Positions 17,252 through 26,688 of a DNA stretch of 64,000 bases are shown here, in pieces (the stretch's first letter is position 1; each line of letters starts with the position of its first letter). The position numbers and the translations under genes are program-made. Origin of the DNA: Lachnospiraceae bacterium (GTDB lineage: Bacteria > Bacillota > Clostridia > Lachnospirales > Lachnospiraceae); assembly GCA_017457865.1 (NCBI GenBank), contig JAFTGN010000095.1:20062-84061 (forward strand). Direction: 5' to 3'. The notes beneath the pieces are model-generated. The model saw nothing but the letters and a program-made list of their open reading frames with translations, was not told the DNA's origin and did no database searches.

Positions 17252-18601
17252 TTAGTTTATTTTCCAATAACCATACCGCTTGCCACCAATACGCTCTATT
17301 CTGCCAGTTTCTTTCAATACGTTTATGTACTTCTGCACTACTCGGCGCGTTATACCCAAACGAGCTCCTAATACTTCCTGAGAGATATCTGGCTGTTCCT
17401 TTAATACTTCAATGACCTTAAGAACCATTGTATCTTCCAAAGCACCAGCTTTATCCATATTTTGGTGCTTTGGTGCTTTAGGCTGATCTATAAGAGCACT
17501 TTCCAGCGCCTGGAAGCGAATCCGAAGCGTAGTTCCTAACAACTCATAAACCGGAAGCTCCGCTCCTATTTCCTGGCACTCATCGCAGATCTTTTGAATA
17601 CCCTGTCCCCAATTCTCAATGAAACCTGCACGATAGAAAACATTAGCAATATCGGGATTATATGGCTTTGAATCATGCGGTTCCATGAGTGTATCCACTG
17701 TCCAGCCCTCTGGTAGAATACAGCTATTGCTTATTGTAATGGTATCATCCATAACCCGTATCTGTATCGGCATACCATACATATAACAGTTGTGTGCTAT
17801 GGCGTTATAAACAGCTTCACGGATAGCCTCTCTTGCAAAAGGATATTCCTCGACTCTTACATCATGCTCATATCTGATCTTCGCTTTCAGATACATCTGA
17901 TAAATCAGATCGATAACCTTGCTTGCATTTACAATCAGCGATTCTTCAAGGTCATTATGATAAACAACACGCCCCCTCTCATCAAACTTCCCGACCTTTA
18001 CAAAGCTTCCATTCTGGATAACACTCGGATCTCTATAAAACAGAAGGACAGCCGATCTCTTTAACTTCCCATCAGTGATCAGATGCAGCTTTTGAAGCAA
18101 TTCCGCATTGGGAACATTCAATTCTTTTTCCGTCATCCGCCTTTTACTCAACGCTTCTCTTCGGAAGATTTTGAAGCTCTCATCGTCCAGATCATCTACT
18201 GTAATGTTATCGACGGTAACATCCTCCCATCGAAAACCTGTTTTCTGCATAATGAACTCCGACAGCGCAATTCCTGTCAGCTGCTGCTTGGTTGCTCCAC
18301 TACGATAATGAAACTCTCCATGGTAACTGATGGGGAAAGAACTAGGTTTTACTATAATCTCCAAATAGTCTTTACCGGACTTTGTATGTTTATTCACATC
18401 GGCAACAATACCAAGTCCTGTCTGAATTTTATTTGGAATATCCTCCAGCAGCTTCTTTACATTCTTTACACCGACAACATTACCGGCATCATCGATACCA
18501 ATATAAATAGTGCCACCCTGAGCATTGGCAAAACCGCACACCCATTTCAGGTATTCATCCCGCCAGGATTCTTTATATTCAATGTTCTGACTCTCTGCCA
18601 T
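17252..18601 (-). CDS. AlbA_2 (Schlafen-like) DNA-binding domain / HATPase_c_4-like / C-terminal wHTH protein
   Basis: The N-terminus ESQNIEYKESW....LKWVCGFANAQGGTIYIGIDD is the AlbA_2 signature. The C-terminal part resembles a winged helix. The ATG at 18601 is preceded by GGGAGGA. Confidence 0.65.
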   Translation of the reverse strand: MAESQNIEYKESWRDEYLKWVCGFANAQGGTIYIGIDDAGNVVGVKNVKKLLEDIPNKIQTGLGIVADVNKHTKSGKDYLEIIVKPSSFPISYHGEFHYRSGATKQQLTGIALSEFIMQKTGFRWEDVTVDNITVDDLDDESFKIFRREALSKRRMTEKELNVPNAELLQKLHLITDGKLKRSAVLLFYRDPSVIQNGSFVKVGKFDERGRVVYHNDLEESLIVNASKVIDLIYQMYLKAKIRYEHDVRVEEYPFAREAIREAVYNAIAHNCYMYGMPIQIRVMDDTITISNSCILPEGWTVDTLMEPHDSKPYNPDIANVFYRAGFIENWGQGIQKICDECQEIGAELPVYELLGTTLRIRFQALESALIDQPKAPKHQNMDKAGALEDTMVLKVIEVLKEQPDISQEVLGARLGITRRVVQKYINVLKETGRIERIGGKRYGYWKIN

Positions 18602-18819
18602 AGAAAATCCTCCCAAAATTTATTCAAATACCCCATCCGTATCAAACATATGATCCAATTCATCTGTATTTACCGCACGAGATATCTTATCCCGGATTGC
18701 TGTCTGATACATATCCAGCCTTTTGAATTGATCTCCATCAACTAAACCCTAGTGCGTTCCATTTTTATGTTCTTATGGTTTAAACTTTATTAATTAGCTG
18801 TGCATACCATACACTATCC

Positions 18820-18848
18820 ATTATACCACCTTTTCCTTACTTTTTCAA
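18820..18848 (-). promoter_or_regulatory. Candidate promoter upstream of the AlbA_2 gene
   Basis: Minus strand: TTGAAA, 17 nt, TATAAT, about 210 nt upstream of the 18601 start. Confidence 0.5.
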
Positions 18849-18998
18849 GCGAAAAACTCCATATTTGCGTGAGCTGACACAGTTTACAATTGAAAAATCC
18901 TCAATTTGATACTATAACGTTATCCCGAATTTACCACTTGCCATAAAAGCGTTGCGAGACTTTTTGCGCTTTCTAACTGTCAAAGATGGGATTGATTT

Positions 18999-19949
18999 TT
19001 ACACAAAAATCAATCCCATACTGTTCAAAAGAAAGGTAAATGCAAAAATAGTCACAATGGAGAACAGTGTGGTCAACACCAGAATCTGTCCTGCCAGTTC
19101 TCCGTCACCTCCCATGGAACAAGCCATGGTATAGGATGCCACTGCCGTAGGGGAAGCAAATAAGACCATCAGTACCACCAGATTCACCCCCTGAAAGCCA
19201 AGCAGGATGGCGATGGTAAGCATGATGACCGGTACTGCCACCAGCTTCCCTGTGACTGTGATCCACAGCTGTTTCCGGTATGTTTTCACACTGGAAAAAT
19301 GAAAATCCGCTCCCAGTGCGATCAGCGCCAGAGGTGTGGCGATGGAACCCAGTGTGGAGACAGACTCCATTGCCAGTTCCGGCACCGGAATCCGGAGAAA
19401 TACAAAGATCAGTCCCAGCACAGAGGCAATGACCAGGGGATTTTTCAATACCCCTTTGGCGGCATGCCCCCAGTTCATCTTTCCATTGTCCCGAAACAAT
19501 TCAAACAACAACACCGCCAGAATATTGATCATGGGAATGATGATGGCCGCCAGTACAGATGCCATGCCCAGATGGTGTTCGTCAAAAATGGCCGCCGTCA
19601 CCGGAATGCCATACAGTACATAATTGGAACGATAAATGCCCTGTATCATGACAGAACATTTTCTGCTGTCGGACTCAATCTTTGGAATGGCAAAACACAA
19701 TCCGGTGTACATCAGCAAAATGGCGCAGATGGCAAACACCACCACCCGGATGTCAAAATCACTGCTCAAATCCGATGTATAAATATTTTTAAACAGCAAC
19801 GCAGGCAGAAACAACTTGAATACCATCTGGTTCAACTGTTTTGTGGTCACGTCCGCCAGTTTCAGCCAACGTTTCAGCACATATCCCACTATCAGTAAAA
19901 TGCATAAAGGAAACACCACTTGTACCGCAAGAATCAAACTGTCAAACAT
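18999..19949 (-). CDS. AEC (auxin efflux carrier) family permease
   Basis: 316 aa, about 10 TM helices, and an N-terminus of the Mem_trans type (VFPLCILLIVGY.LKR). Its start overlaps the upstream stop by 8 bp. Confidence 0.75.
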   Translation of the reverse strand: MFDSLILAVQVVFPLCILLIVGYVLKRWLKLADVTTKQLNQMVFKLFLPALLFKNIYTSDLSSDFDIRVVVFAICAILLMYTGLCFAIPKIESDSRKCSVMIQGIYRSNYVLYGIPVTAAIFDEHHLGMASVLAAIIIPMINILAVLLFELFRDNGKMNWGHAAKGVLKNPLVIASVLGLIFVFLRIPVPELAMESVSTLGSIATPLALIALGADFHFSSVKTYRKQLWITVTGKLVAVPVIMLTIAILLGFQGVNLVVLMVLFASPTAVASYTMACSMGGDGELAGQILVLTTLFSIVTIFAFTFLLNSMGLIFV

Positions 19950-20871
19950 CGAACTCCTCCTTTAGCTTTTGTAAAATCTGTGCATTACAGCTACGATTAT
20001 TTTCCAATGCACCCGGCTCACTGCTTTCACTACTCTCTCCACAAAAATCCATGCCGATGACCCCATGATTGCGCAAGAATAATTCCAGTAACTCTAACAA
20101 TTCCCACAGTCTCATACTGCCGCTGTCCCAGTTGGTCATACAGTCTTCCCGGCACAATACATCTTTGTCCACGGACAGGTACACAGCGCCATCCAACTGC
20201 CGGTTGATCCATGTCCCGAGGACTGACATCTCATGCTGCGGATCCTGAAAAAAGGATTCCGATATGGCAGTCACGGTTTTTCCATAGCAGATAAACTGAT
20301 AGAAACAGGCTGCCAATTCTCCCTGCATCACAACCGGCACCACATCTGGATTTTCCGGCAATGCCTGTAACAATTCCTCTTTTACCCCAATCAAAATCAC
20401 CTGTTGTAAAAAAGGATTCTGTTTCAATGCATGAAGCACCCAGGAACCGCAGGACAGCAGTTCCGCAAAGAAGGATGGCTGCATATCCGGGTGATGATCG
20501 AACACCACCAGGGAAAAGGGTTCTTTGATCTGCATCGTCAGCAAATGTGCCACATAGTGATAGTTGCCATTGCCAATCCATGTGACCGGATGGGATTCTC
20601 GCATCCCATCTGCGGTCTTTTCCGTAATCACCGCTGCTGCTTCCTCATCACAGTAGCCATTGGTACCCTCTAGCGTTGTGAAGTCTATCCACTGTGCTTT
20701 TATGAAATCATTACATTGTTGTTCCGTTTTTTCCAATGCTTCTAACTGATTTTTGCAGTTTTTCTCTTTCTGTACTGTCTCATCACAAGAATAGAAATTC
20801 TGAAACTCAGACTCATCTGTAAACACTTCCTGTTCCCGAAGCCACCTGTCAAACTCCAACACCTGTATCAT
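19942..20871 (-). CDS. Arginase/ureohydrolase-fold protein of unknown specificity
   Basis: GNYHY, FDHHPDM and SVDKDV match the H / DxHxD / DxD metal-ligand spacing of the arginase family. An N-terminal segment of about 100 aa is unassigned. The ATG at 20871 forms an ATGA overlap with the upstream stop. Confidence 0.5.
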   Translation of the reverse strand: MIQVLEFDRWLREQEVFTDESEFQNFYSCDETVQKEKNCKNQLEALEKTEQQCNDFIKAQWIDFTTLEGTNGYCDEEAAAVITEKTADGMRESHPVTWIGNGNYHYVAHLLTMQIKEPFSLVVFDHHPDMQPSFFAELLSCGSWVLHALKQNPFLQQVILIGVKEELLQALPENPDVVPVVMQGELAACFYQFICYGKTVTAISESFFQDPQHEMSVLGTWINRQLDGAVYLSVDKDVLCREDCMTNWDSGSMRLWELLELLELFLRNHGVIGMDFCGESSESSEPGALENNRSCNAQILQKLKEEFDV

Positions 20872-22106
20872 GACTGCTCCTTCTTCTGGCACTGCTCTGC
20901 CTGCTGATCTGCAAGGGCGAACAATTCCGCTTCACTGGCAAGATCAGCCTGCAACGGATATGTCTCAGTTACCTTTTGATACTCCGCTTTGATTGCCGCA
21001 GCTTTCTCTGTATCCTGCTCTTTCAGCAATGCAATGGCATAATTGGCACGCAGTACAGAAGGATACTTTCTCATTTGTTTCAAAATCATGGCAATCTCTT
21101 TTTCCTCCAACATAGAAAGAGATGCCTGCGTACCATGCTGTAACACAGAAATATAAGCTTGATCAGCCAGACAGAGTGCTTTATAAATCCCTACTGTATT
21201 TTCTTCCAACATGCGATCAATCAGACTTTGCGCCGTGGCAAAATCGTGAAGATCCATGGCACGATTTTCTGAAAATGCCAACATGATTCCAGTCCCGTCT
21301 GTGCCTTCTTCTGGCAGGGCAAACCATTCCTGTGGCATATCTTTCAAACTTCCAGTCCCGTCTGTGCCTTCTTCTGGCAGGGCAAACCATTCCTGTGGCA
21401 TATCTTTCAAACGCACACCTCTTACCTGCAACGCATTGATTTTTAACTGGCACCAGAACAGTTTCTTTAAATTGGTATTTTTCGCAAAATGGATCGCATT
21501 CCATCCATCATTTGGAACCGTTCCCTGAATGGGAACGCCATTGAACACCGCAACTGCAATTCCGATGATTCCCAGTTCCAACAGAAACGGAAACCACACA
21601 CTTTCTCTGGTCACCAGAATTGCCCCCAGAATTCCTGCCGCAGCAACGATCAGATTCACCAGAATCCCACCCAGGTTATATAGTACCGTAGGAAATTGTT
21701 CCATCTCCACGTCTACCGGTTCCATCAGACACTGTCCACCGGTTCCTGCAAGGGAAAAACGCTTCCACTTCAATCCGTCTTCATATTTTTGCAGCATGAT
21801 ACTTCCAACTCGAAAAGAGCAGAATTTGTAACCGCTCAATAACCCAAACAACAGATGACCGCCTTCGTGGATGATCATATGAATCAGATAGCTGACGATC
21901 ATGAACAAAACCAAGCCCATATAAGAGCACAAAAATTCCAATTTAGTCTGCTCTGCAATCCGCTCTGCCCCCATTGCAAATAAAATCGAACAGCCTGCTA
22001 CACCGCCAAATACCCCTCCCATTAACAGTGACCGGATATACTGGGCATCGTATTTTTTCTTGCCATTCTTTCCTTCTTTTGACTGTGATGATCCCTGTGT
22101 TTTCAT
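20868..22106 (-). CDS. Membrane metalloprotease-like protein (M50/S2P-like HExxH plus NxxPxxxxDG), C-terminal helical repeat region
   Basis: HMIIHEGGHLLFG within a TM segment, and FNGVPIQGTVPNDGW within another. The ATG at 22106 (MKTQGSS) is preceded by GGAGAGGGGAGGG. Confidence 0.55.
   Translation of the reverse strand: MKTQGSSQSKEGKNGKKKYDAQYIRSLLMGGVFGGVAGCSILFAMGAERIAEQTKLEFLCSYMGLVLFMIVSYLIHMIIHEGGHLLFGLLSGYKFCSFRVGSIMLQKYEDGLKWKRFSLAGTGGQCLMEPVDVEMEQFPTVLYNLGGILVNLIVAAAGILGAILVTRESVWFPFLLELGIIGIAVAVFNGVPIQGTVPNDGWNAIHFAKNTNLKKLFWCQLKINALQVRGVRLKDMPQEWFALPEEGTDGTGSLKDMPQEWFALPEEGTDGTGIMLAFSENRAMDLHDFATAQSLIDRMLEENTVGIYKALCLADQAYISVLQHGTQASLSMLEEKEIAMILKQMRKYPSVLRANYAIALLKEQDTEKAAAIKAEYQKVTETYPLQADLASEAELFALADQQAEQCQKKEQS
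21287..21412. repeat. Perfect 63-bp tandem duplication inside the M50-like gene
   Basis: TTCCAGTCCCGTCTGTGCCTTCTTCTGGCAGGGCAAACCATTCCTGTGGCATATCTTTCAAAC occurs twice back to back. It encodes LKDMPQEWFALPEEGTDGTG twice, in frame. Confidence 0.9.
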
Positions 22107-22286
22107 TTTTGTCTTACCCTCCCCTCTCCTGTAAAAAGTTCCCTTCTTTAGCATGCTAAAAAAGGGAACTTGACTGCTTTGTCTATTGAATTGCAATAGT
22201 TAGCTCGCCGTTATATTCAGCCAACCGTCACAATACTACGCATCCAATAAATAATTTCATTTTTACTTTTCTGTATCCATATTCCA

Positions 22287-23570
22287 TTATGCTTCCAACA
22301 GCTTCTCTACGCTGGCTAACTTCACACACAGCGCAAACAGCCTGGTTGCTTCCTTGATCTCCTCTAAAGTCGGGAAAGAAGGCGCAATACGGATATTGGA
22401 ATCTTTCGGATCGTTCTTGTATGGATAAGTTGCGCCTGCACCTGTCAGTACCATGCCTGCATCCTTACACTTGGCAACGATTGCCTTTGCACAGCCATCC
22501 ATAGAATCAAAGCTGATGAAGTAACCACCCTTTGGTGTGCTCCATGTGCCGATTTCCAGACCGCCCAATTCTTCTTCTAAAATATTGCATACTGCCTCAA
22601 ACTTCGGACGCATGATATCTGCATGCTTTTTCATCTGCTCCATCATACCATTGATGTCACCGAAGAAACGTACATGACGCAGCTGGTTGATCTTGTCATG
22701 ACCGATGATCTGCCAGTTCATCATGCTCTTGATGGATGCAATGTTTGCATCAGAAGATGCGATGGCAGAAATACCTGCTCCCGGGAAGGTGATCTTGGAA
22801 GTAGAGCAGAACTCATATACCATATCCGGGTTGCCTGCCTTTGCACACTCGCTTAAAATCTCCGGAATCTCCTGAATGTCATCAAAATACAGGTGATGGA
22901 TGCCATAGGCATTGTCCCAGAACAGACGGAAATCCGGTGCGGCCGGCTTTAATGCAGCCATACGCTTTACCACTTCTTCACTATATACAACACCTGATGG
23001 ATTGCCATACTTCGGCACGCACCACAGACCCTTGATGCTGTCATCAGAAGATACCAGCTTCTCGATCAGATCCATATCCGGACCGTCTTCGTATGTAGGA
23101 ATGTTGATCATCTCTACTCCGAAAAACTCGGTAACAGCAAAGTGTCTGTCATATCCCGGTACCGGGCAAAGGAACTTTACTTTCTCTAACTGACTCCACG
23201 GAGTATTCCCCAGCACACCATGTGTAAATGCACGGGCAATCATATCATACATGATATTCAAACTGGAACCACCACATACGATCACATTCTCCGGCTTTAC
23301 ACCGATCATATCTGCCATCAGCTTCTTAGCTTCCGGAATCCCATCCAGTACACCATAGTTTCTGCAGTCTGTGCCGTCTTCTGCAGTCAGATCTGCACTG
23401 CTGTCAAAAATATCCATCATCGGCATGGACAGATCCAGCTGCTCATTGGATGGCTTTCCTCTTGCCATATTCAGCTTCAGGCCCTTGCCCTGATATTCCT
23501 TATAAACTGCGTTCAACTGTGCCTTTAAAGATTCTAACTCTTCTCTGGATAAATCCTTGTATGCGGTCAT
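22287..23570 (-). CDS. PLP-dependent aminotransferase (class I/II fold, aspartate-aminotransferase-like)
   Basis: 428 aa. It has the NMARGKPS..QLDLS N-terminal motif of this aminotransferase subgroup and STSKITFPGAGI around the presumed PLP lysine. The ATG at 23570 is preceded by AGGAGG. Confidence 0.7.
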   Translation of the reverse strand: MTAYKDLSREELESLKAQLNAVYKEYQGKGLKLNMARGKPSNEQLDLSMPMMDIFDSSADLTAEDGTDCRNYGVLDGIPEAKKLMADMIGVKPENVIVCGGSSLNIMYDMIARAFTHGVLGNTPWSQLEKVKFLCPVPGYDRHFAVTEFFGVEMINIPTYEDGPDMDLIEKLVSSDDSIKGLWCVPKYGNPSGVVYSEEVVKRMAALKPAAPDFRLFWDNAYGIHHLYFDDIQEIPEILSECAKAGNPDMVYEFCSTSKITFPGAGISAIASSDANIASIKSMMNWQIIGHDKINQLRHVRFFGDINGMMEQMKKHADIMRPKFEAVCNILEEELGGLEIGTWSTPKGGYFISFDSMDGCAKAIVAKCKDAGMVLTGAGATYPYKNDPKDSNIRIAPSFPTLEEIKEATRLFALCVKLASVEKLLEA

Positions 23571-23714
23571 GATGCATCCTCCTGTGAAATTTTCATTTTC
23601 ATTGTATCTCACGGCAAATTAGCCTTTCCTATCGTATCATTTCGACAAAAAAATGTCAATCAAATAAAGAAGTCATTTTCTATATCGAGAAACGTACAAA
23701 AAATACCATTTCCA

Positions 23715-24728
23715 TTATAACAACGGAATGCCTGCTTTCGCACACTGCTTTCTGGTCTCTGCATCCCATACGCTTGCCTGCACTTCTCCGATGTGGGCAC
23801 TTCCCAAAAGCAGCATGCACAGACGGCTCTGTCCGATACCGCCGCCGATGGTATATGGCAGTTCTCCGTTTAATAATGCCTTGTGGAATGGCAGTTCTCT
23901 TCTCTCATCGCAGCCTGCCAGGGTCAGCTGACGATCCAGACTTTCCGGGCTGACACGGATCCCCATACTGCTCAGCTCATAACTGCACTGCAGTGTATCA
24001 TTCCAGAACAGAATGTCTCCATTCAATGCCCAGTCATCATAGTCAGGGGCACGATTGTCATGTGGCTCCCCATTGGTCAGGTCTCCGCCGATCTGCATCA
24101 GGAATGTGGTGCCATGCTCTTTCACAAACGCATTTTCACGCTCTTTAGCAGACAAGTCAGGATACAGGTCTAACAACTCCTGGGAAGTGATAAAAGTCAC
24201 TTCAGAAGTATGTAATGGCATCTTTGCCAGCTGTGGGAACAGGGCATGCATGCTCATCTCTGTGGCACAGACTGCTGTGACAATGCTGTTTACCACCTGC
24301 TTCAAATAGTCCACATTCCGGTCTTCCAGACGAATGACCTTTTCCCAGTCCCACTGGTCTACATAGATGGAATGGAGATTGTCTAATTCCTCGTCACGAC
24401 GGATGGCATTCATATCCGTATACAAACCCTTCCCCACCCGGAAATCATAATCTTTTAATGCCTGGCGCTTCCATTTTGCCAGAGACTGTACCACCTCTGC
24501 CTCGCTGCCGGTGTCACGGATGCCGAACGAAACCTTGCGCTCCACGCCACTCAAATCATCATTCAGACCGGTGGAAGACTCCAAAAACAATGGTGCGGAT
24601 ACACGGTGCAAATCCAAAGATGCACACAGCGTATCTGCAAACAGACGCTTGATGGTACCGATGGCACGCTGGGTATCATACAGGTTCAGGATAGGTACAT
24701 AGCCTTCTGGAATAAATAATTGACTCAT
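23715..24728 (-). CDS. asnA: Aspartate--ammonia ligase
   Basis: 337 aa, with YDTQRAI..IK..F......L.L.RVSAPLF and other AsnA-type class II synthetase-like motifs. Confidence 0.85.
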   Translation of the reverse strand: MSQLFIPEGYVPILNLYDTQRAIGTIKRLFADTLCASLDLHRVSAPLFLESSTGLNDDLSGVERKVSFGIRDTGSEAEVVQSLAKWKRQALKDYDFRVGKGLYTDMNAIRRDEELDNLHSIYVDQWDWEKVIRLEDRNVDYLKQVVNSIVTAVCATEMSMHALFPQLAKMPLHTSEVTFITSQELLDLYPDLSAKERENAFVKEHGTTFLMQIGGDLTNGEPHDNRAPDYDDWALNGDILFWNDTLQCSYELSSMGIRVSPESLDRQLTLAGCDERRELPFHKALLNGELPYTIGGGIGQSRLCMLLLGSAHIGEVQASVWDAETRKQCAKAGIPLL

Positions 24729-24742
24729 AGCTGTCTCCTTCT

Positions 24743-25222
24743 CTACTTATGATAAGGCTCATGGTTTAAGATACGATAAGCCCGGTAAATCTGCTCCAGC
24801 AATATGACACGCATCATCTGGTGGGGAAATGTCATAGGAGAAAAACTGAGCTGAAAATCTGCCCGCTTCAACACCTGAGCAGACAATCCCAGTGAACCAC
24901 CGATGAGAAAGACGATATTGGAAGTCCCATGCAGTCCCAACTGTTCGATTTTTTCAGACAGCCCGACAGAATCTAACATCTTTCCTTCAATGGCCAATGC
25001 AATCACATAGGCACCTTCCGGAATCTTCGCCAGAATCCGTTCTCCTTCCCGGTTCTTCACTGCTTCTTCCTCCGCAGGAGAAGCCCCTTCCGTGGTCTTT
25101 TCATCTGCCACCTGGATCAGTTCCAGCTTGCAATACCGAGAAAGGCGCTTGCTATATTCGTCAATGGCCATGGTCCAGTATTTTTCCTTCAGCTTTCCGG
25201 GGGCAATCACTGTAATCTTCAT
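24743..25222 (-). CDS. rlmH: 23S rRNA (pseudouridine1915-N3)-methyltransferase
   Basis: 159 aa. [15 protein letters not shown]...Y.KRL and the C-terminal IGGS.G pattern of SPOUT RlmH. Confidence 0.85.
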   Translation of the reverse strand: MKITVIAPGKLKEKYWTMAIDEYSKRLSRYCKLELIQVADEKTTEGASPAEEEAVKNREGERILAKIPEGAYVIALAIEGKMLDSVGLSEKIEQLGLHGTSNIVFLIGGSLGLSAQVLKRADFQLSFSPMTFPHQMMRVILLEQIYRAYRILNHEPYHK

Positions 25223-25336
25223 ACATTTCCTCACTCATCGAAATTCATTCCAAATCCGCTCTGATTTCATGTCATCTTGCTTTTTCAGATTGATTATGTT
25301 ATGGTAGTTACATCAGCCTGTATAAAAAGAATTCCT

Positions 25337-25382
25337 GCATCCTGCGGGTTCCGCTTTTTGGTTACAGAAATTTTCTGTTCCC
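25337..25382. repeat. Short intergenic repeat, family C copy 1
   Basis: GCATCCTGCGGGTTCCGCTTTTTGGTTACAGAAATTTTCTGTTCCC here versus GCATCCTCGTGGGTCCCACTTTTTTGGTCACAGAATCTTTCTGTTACC at 38790-38837. Confidence 0.5.
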
Positions 25383-25523
25383 AAAAACAGTCTGATTTTG
25401 CAACTACCTTTTATCGTATCACGAATTGGCTGAGAATACAAGTAGATACATACAACATCCATGGGAAACCGTGTCCTGCCGGATGCAGGAAATCGGTCTA
25501 TGGAACAGGAAATGGAGGATTTT

Positions 25524-26339
25524 ATGATTTGTCCCAAGTGTGGAATGGAATTTAAAGAAGGGGTGCTGAAATGTACAGATTGCGGCACAGACCTGGTGGA
25601 GCGTTTAGAAGATGCCGTAGAGGAAATGACTGATCTGATCAATGTTCCCTCGGATTACGCCCCCAGACTCAATGATTTTCTGGAATATTCCGGAATGACA
25701 ACCCAACTGACCGAGGCAGAGGAAGAAGGACATACCCTGATCCGGGTGAAGGAATCCCAGAAAGCAGAGGCAGTGAAGCTGGCTGCTGTCTTCCTGACAG
25801 AAGAACCACCGGAACCTTCCGATGACGAAGAGGAAGAAGACGAAGCGGAAAGGATTTTATATGCTCCTTCCGGCATGCATTACAAAACAGCGCAAACCCG
25901 CTACGAAGAAGCCAAATCAACCGGTATCACCTTTGCCATTTTCAGTGGTGCCATCGTCTTAGACCTGTTAGATCATGCGTTCACCCATATCCTGCCGGCA
26001 GGTAATCTGCTGATGAACATCGTGCTATTCTGTATTGCAGTGGGACTGGCGTATGGTGCATTCAAGTATCTGACATCCTTAAAGACACTGGAAGCCGCCA
26101 TCTCCACAGAAGCAGAAAACGAAGCTGCGGTACAGACATGGCTGAAAGAACAGTTCCCGGATATGACTGCGCTGGATGCCAAGACACTGGAACAATTTGG
26201 CCAAACCTCTATGGAAGAACAGGAACTGAACCGGATGCAGTATCTCAACCATGCCATCCATGAGCAGTTCCCGGAACTGGAACAGGTCTTTCTGGAATAT
26301 GAGGCAGAAAATTATTTCAATCAGCTGGAGGAAGCGTAA
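25524..26339 (+). CDS. Zinc-ribbon membrane protein (hypothetical)
   Basis: CPKCG...CTDCG zinc ribbon, an acidic linker, and two predicted TM helices. The ATG at 25524 is preceded by GGAGGA. The track ORF starts earlier, at 25461. Confidence 0.5.
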   Translation: MICPKCGMEFKEGVLKCTDCGTDLVERLEDAVEEMTDLINVPSDYAPRLNDFLEYSGMTTQLTEAEEEGHTLIRVKESQKAEAVKLAAVFLTEEPPEPSDDEEEEDEAERILYAPSGMHYKTAQTRYEEAKSTGITFAIFSGAIVLDLLDHAFTHILPAGNLLMNIVLFCIAVGLAYGAFKYLTSLKTLEAAISTEAENEAAVQTWLKEQFPDMTALDAKTLEQFGQTSMEEQELNRMQYLNHAIHEQFPELEQVFLEYEAENYFNQLEEA

Positions 26340-26358
26340 AAAGATATCATAATCCCAG

Positions 26359-26463
26359 CGTTTGATGAAAATCCAAAACAGGCAGTTCCTGCTACTACTT
26401 CTTCTCCTGTGATAAAACGTGGAGAGAAAAGACAGGGAACTGCCTGTTTTGTGTCATCAAACG
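26359..26463. terminator. 105-nt imperfect palindrome / terminator
   Basis: CGTTTGATGA...TCATCAAACG outer pairing, AAAACAGGCAGTTCC / GGAACTGCCTGTTTT (15 bp) inner pairing, and TTCTCC/GGAGAA apical pairing. Confidence 0.5.
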
Positions 26464-26688
26464 TGGATTCCATATTCGCTTCTGTCACAGAAACAACTTG
26501 TCACAAAAGCGCAGTTGGCGAGATGATTTCTCTGCAAAAAGCAAAAGTTTTCCACTTACAAGTCGGAAAGTGTTTGGTTTTCGGAAGTTTCGGACTTGCA
26601 AGTCCAAAAGTATTGATTTTTTCATAGTTTTGGATATAATATAGATAAGAATCACAGAAGATTTGGAACGCTTCGGAATGGAGGTTAT

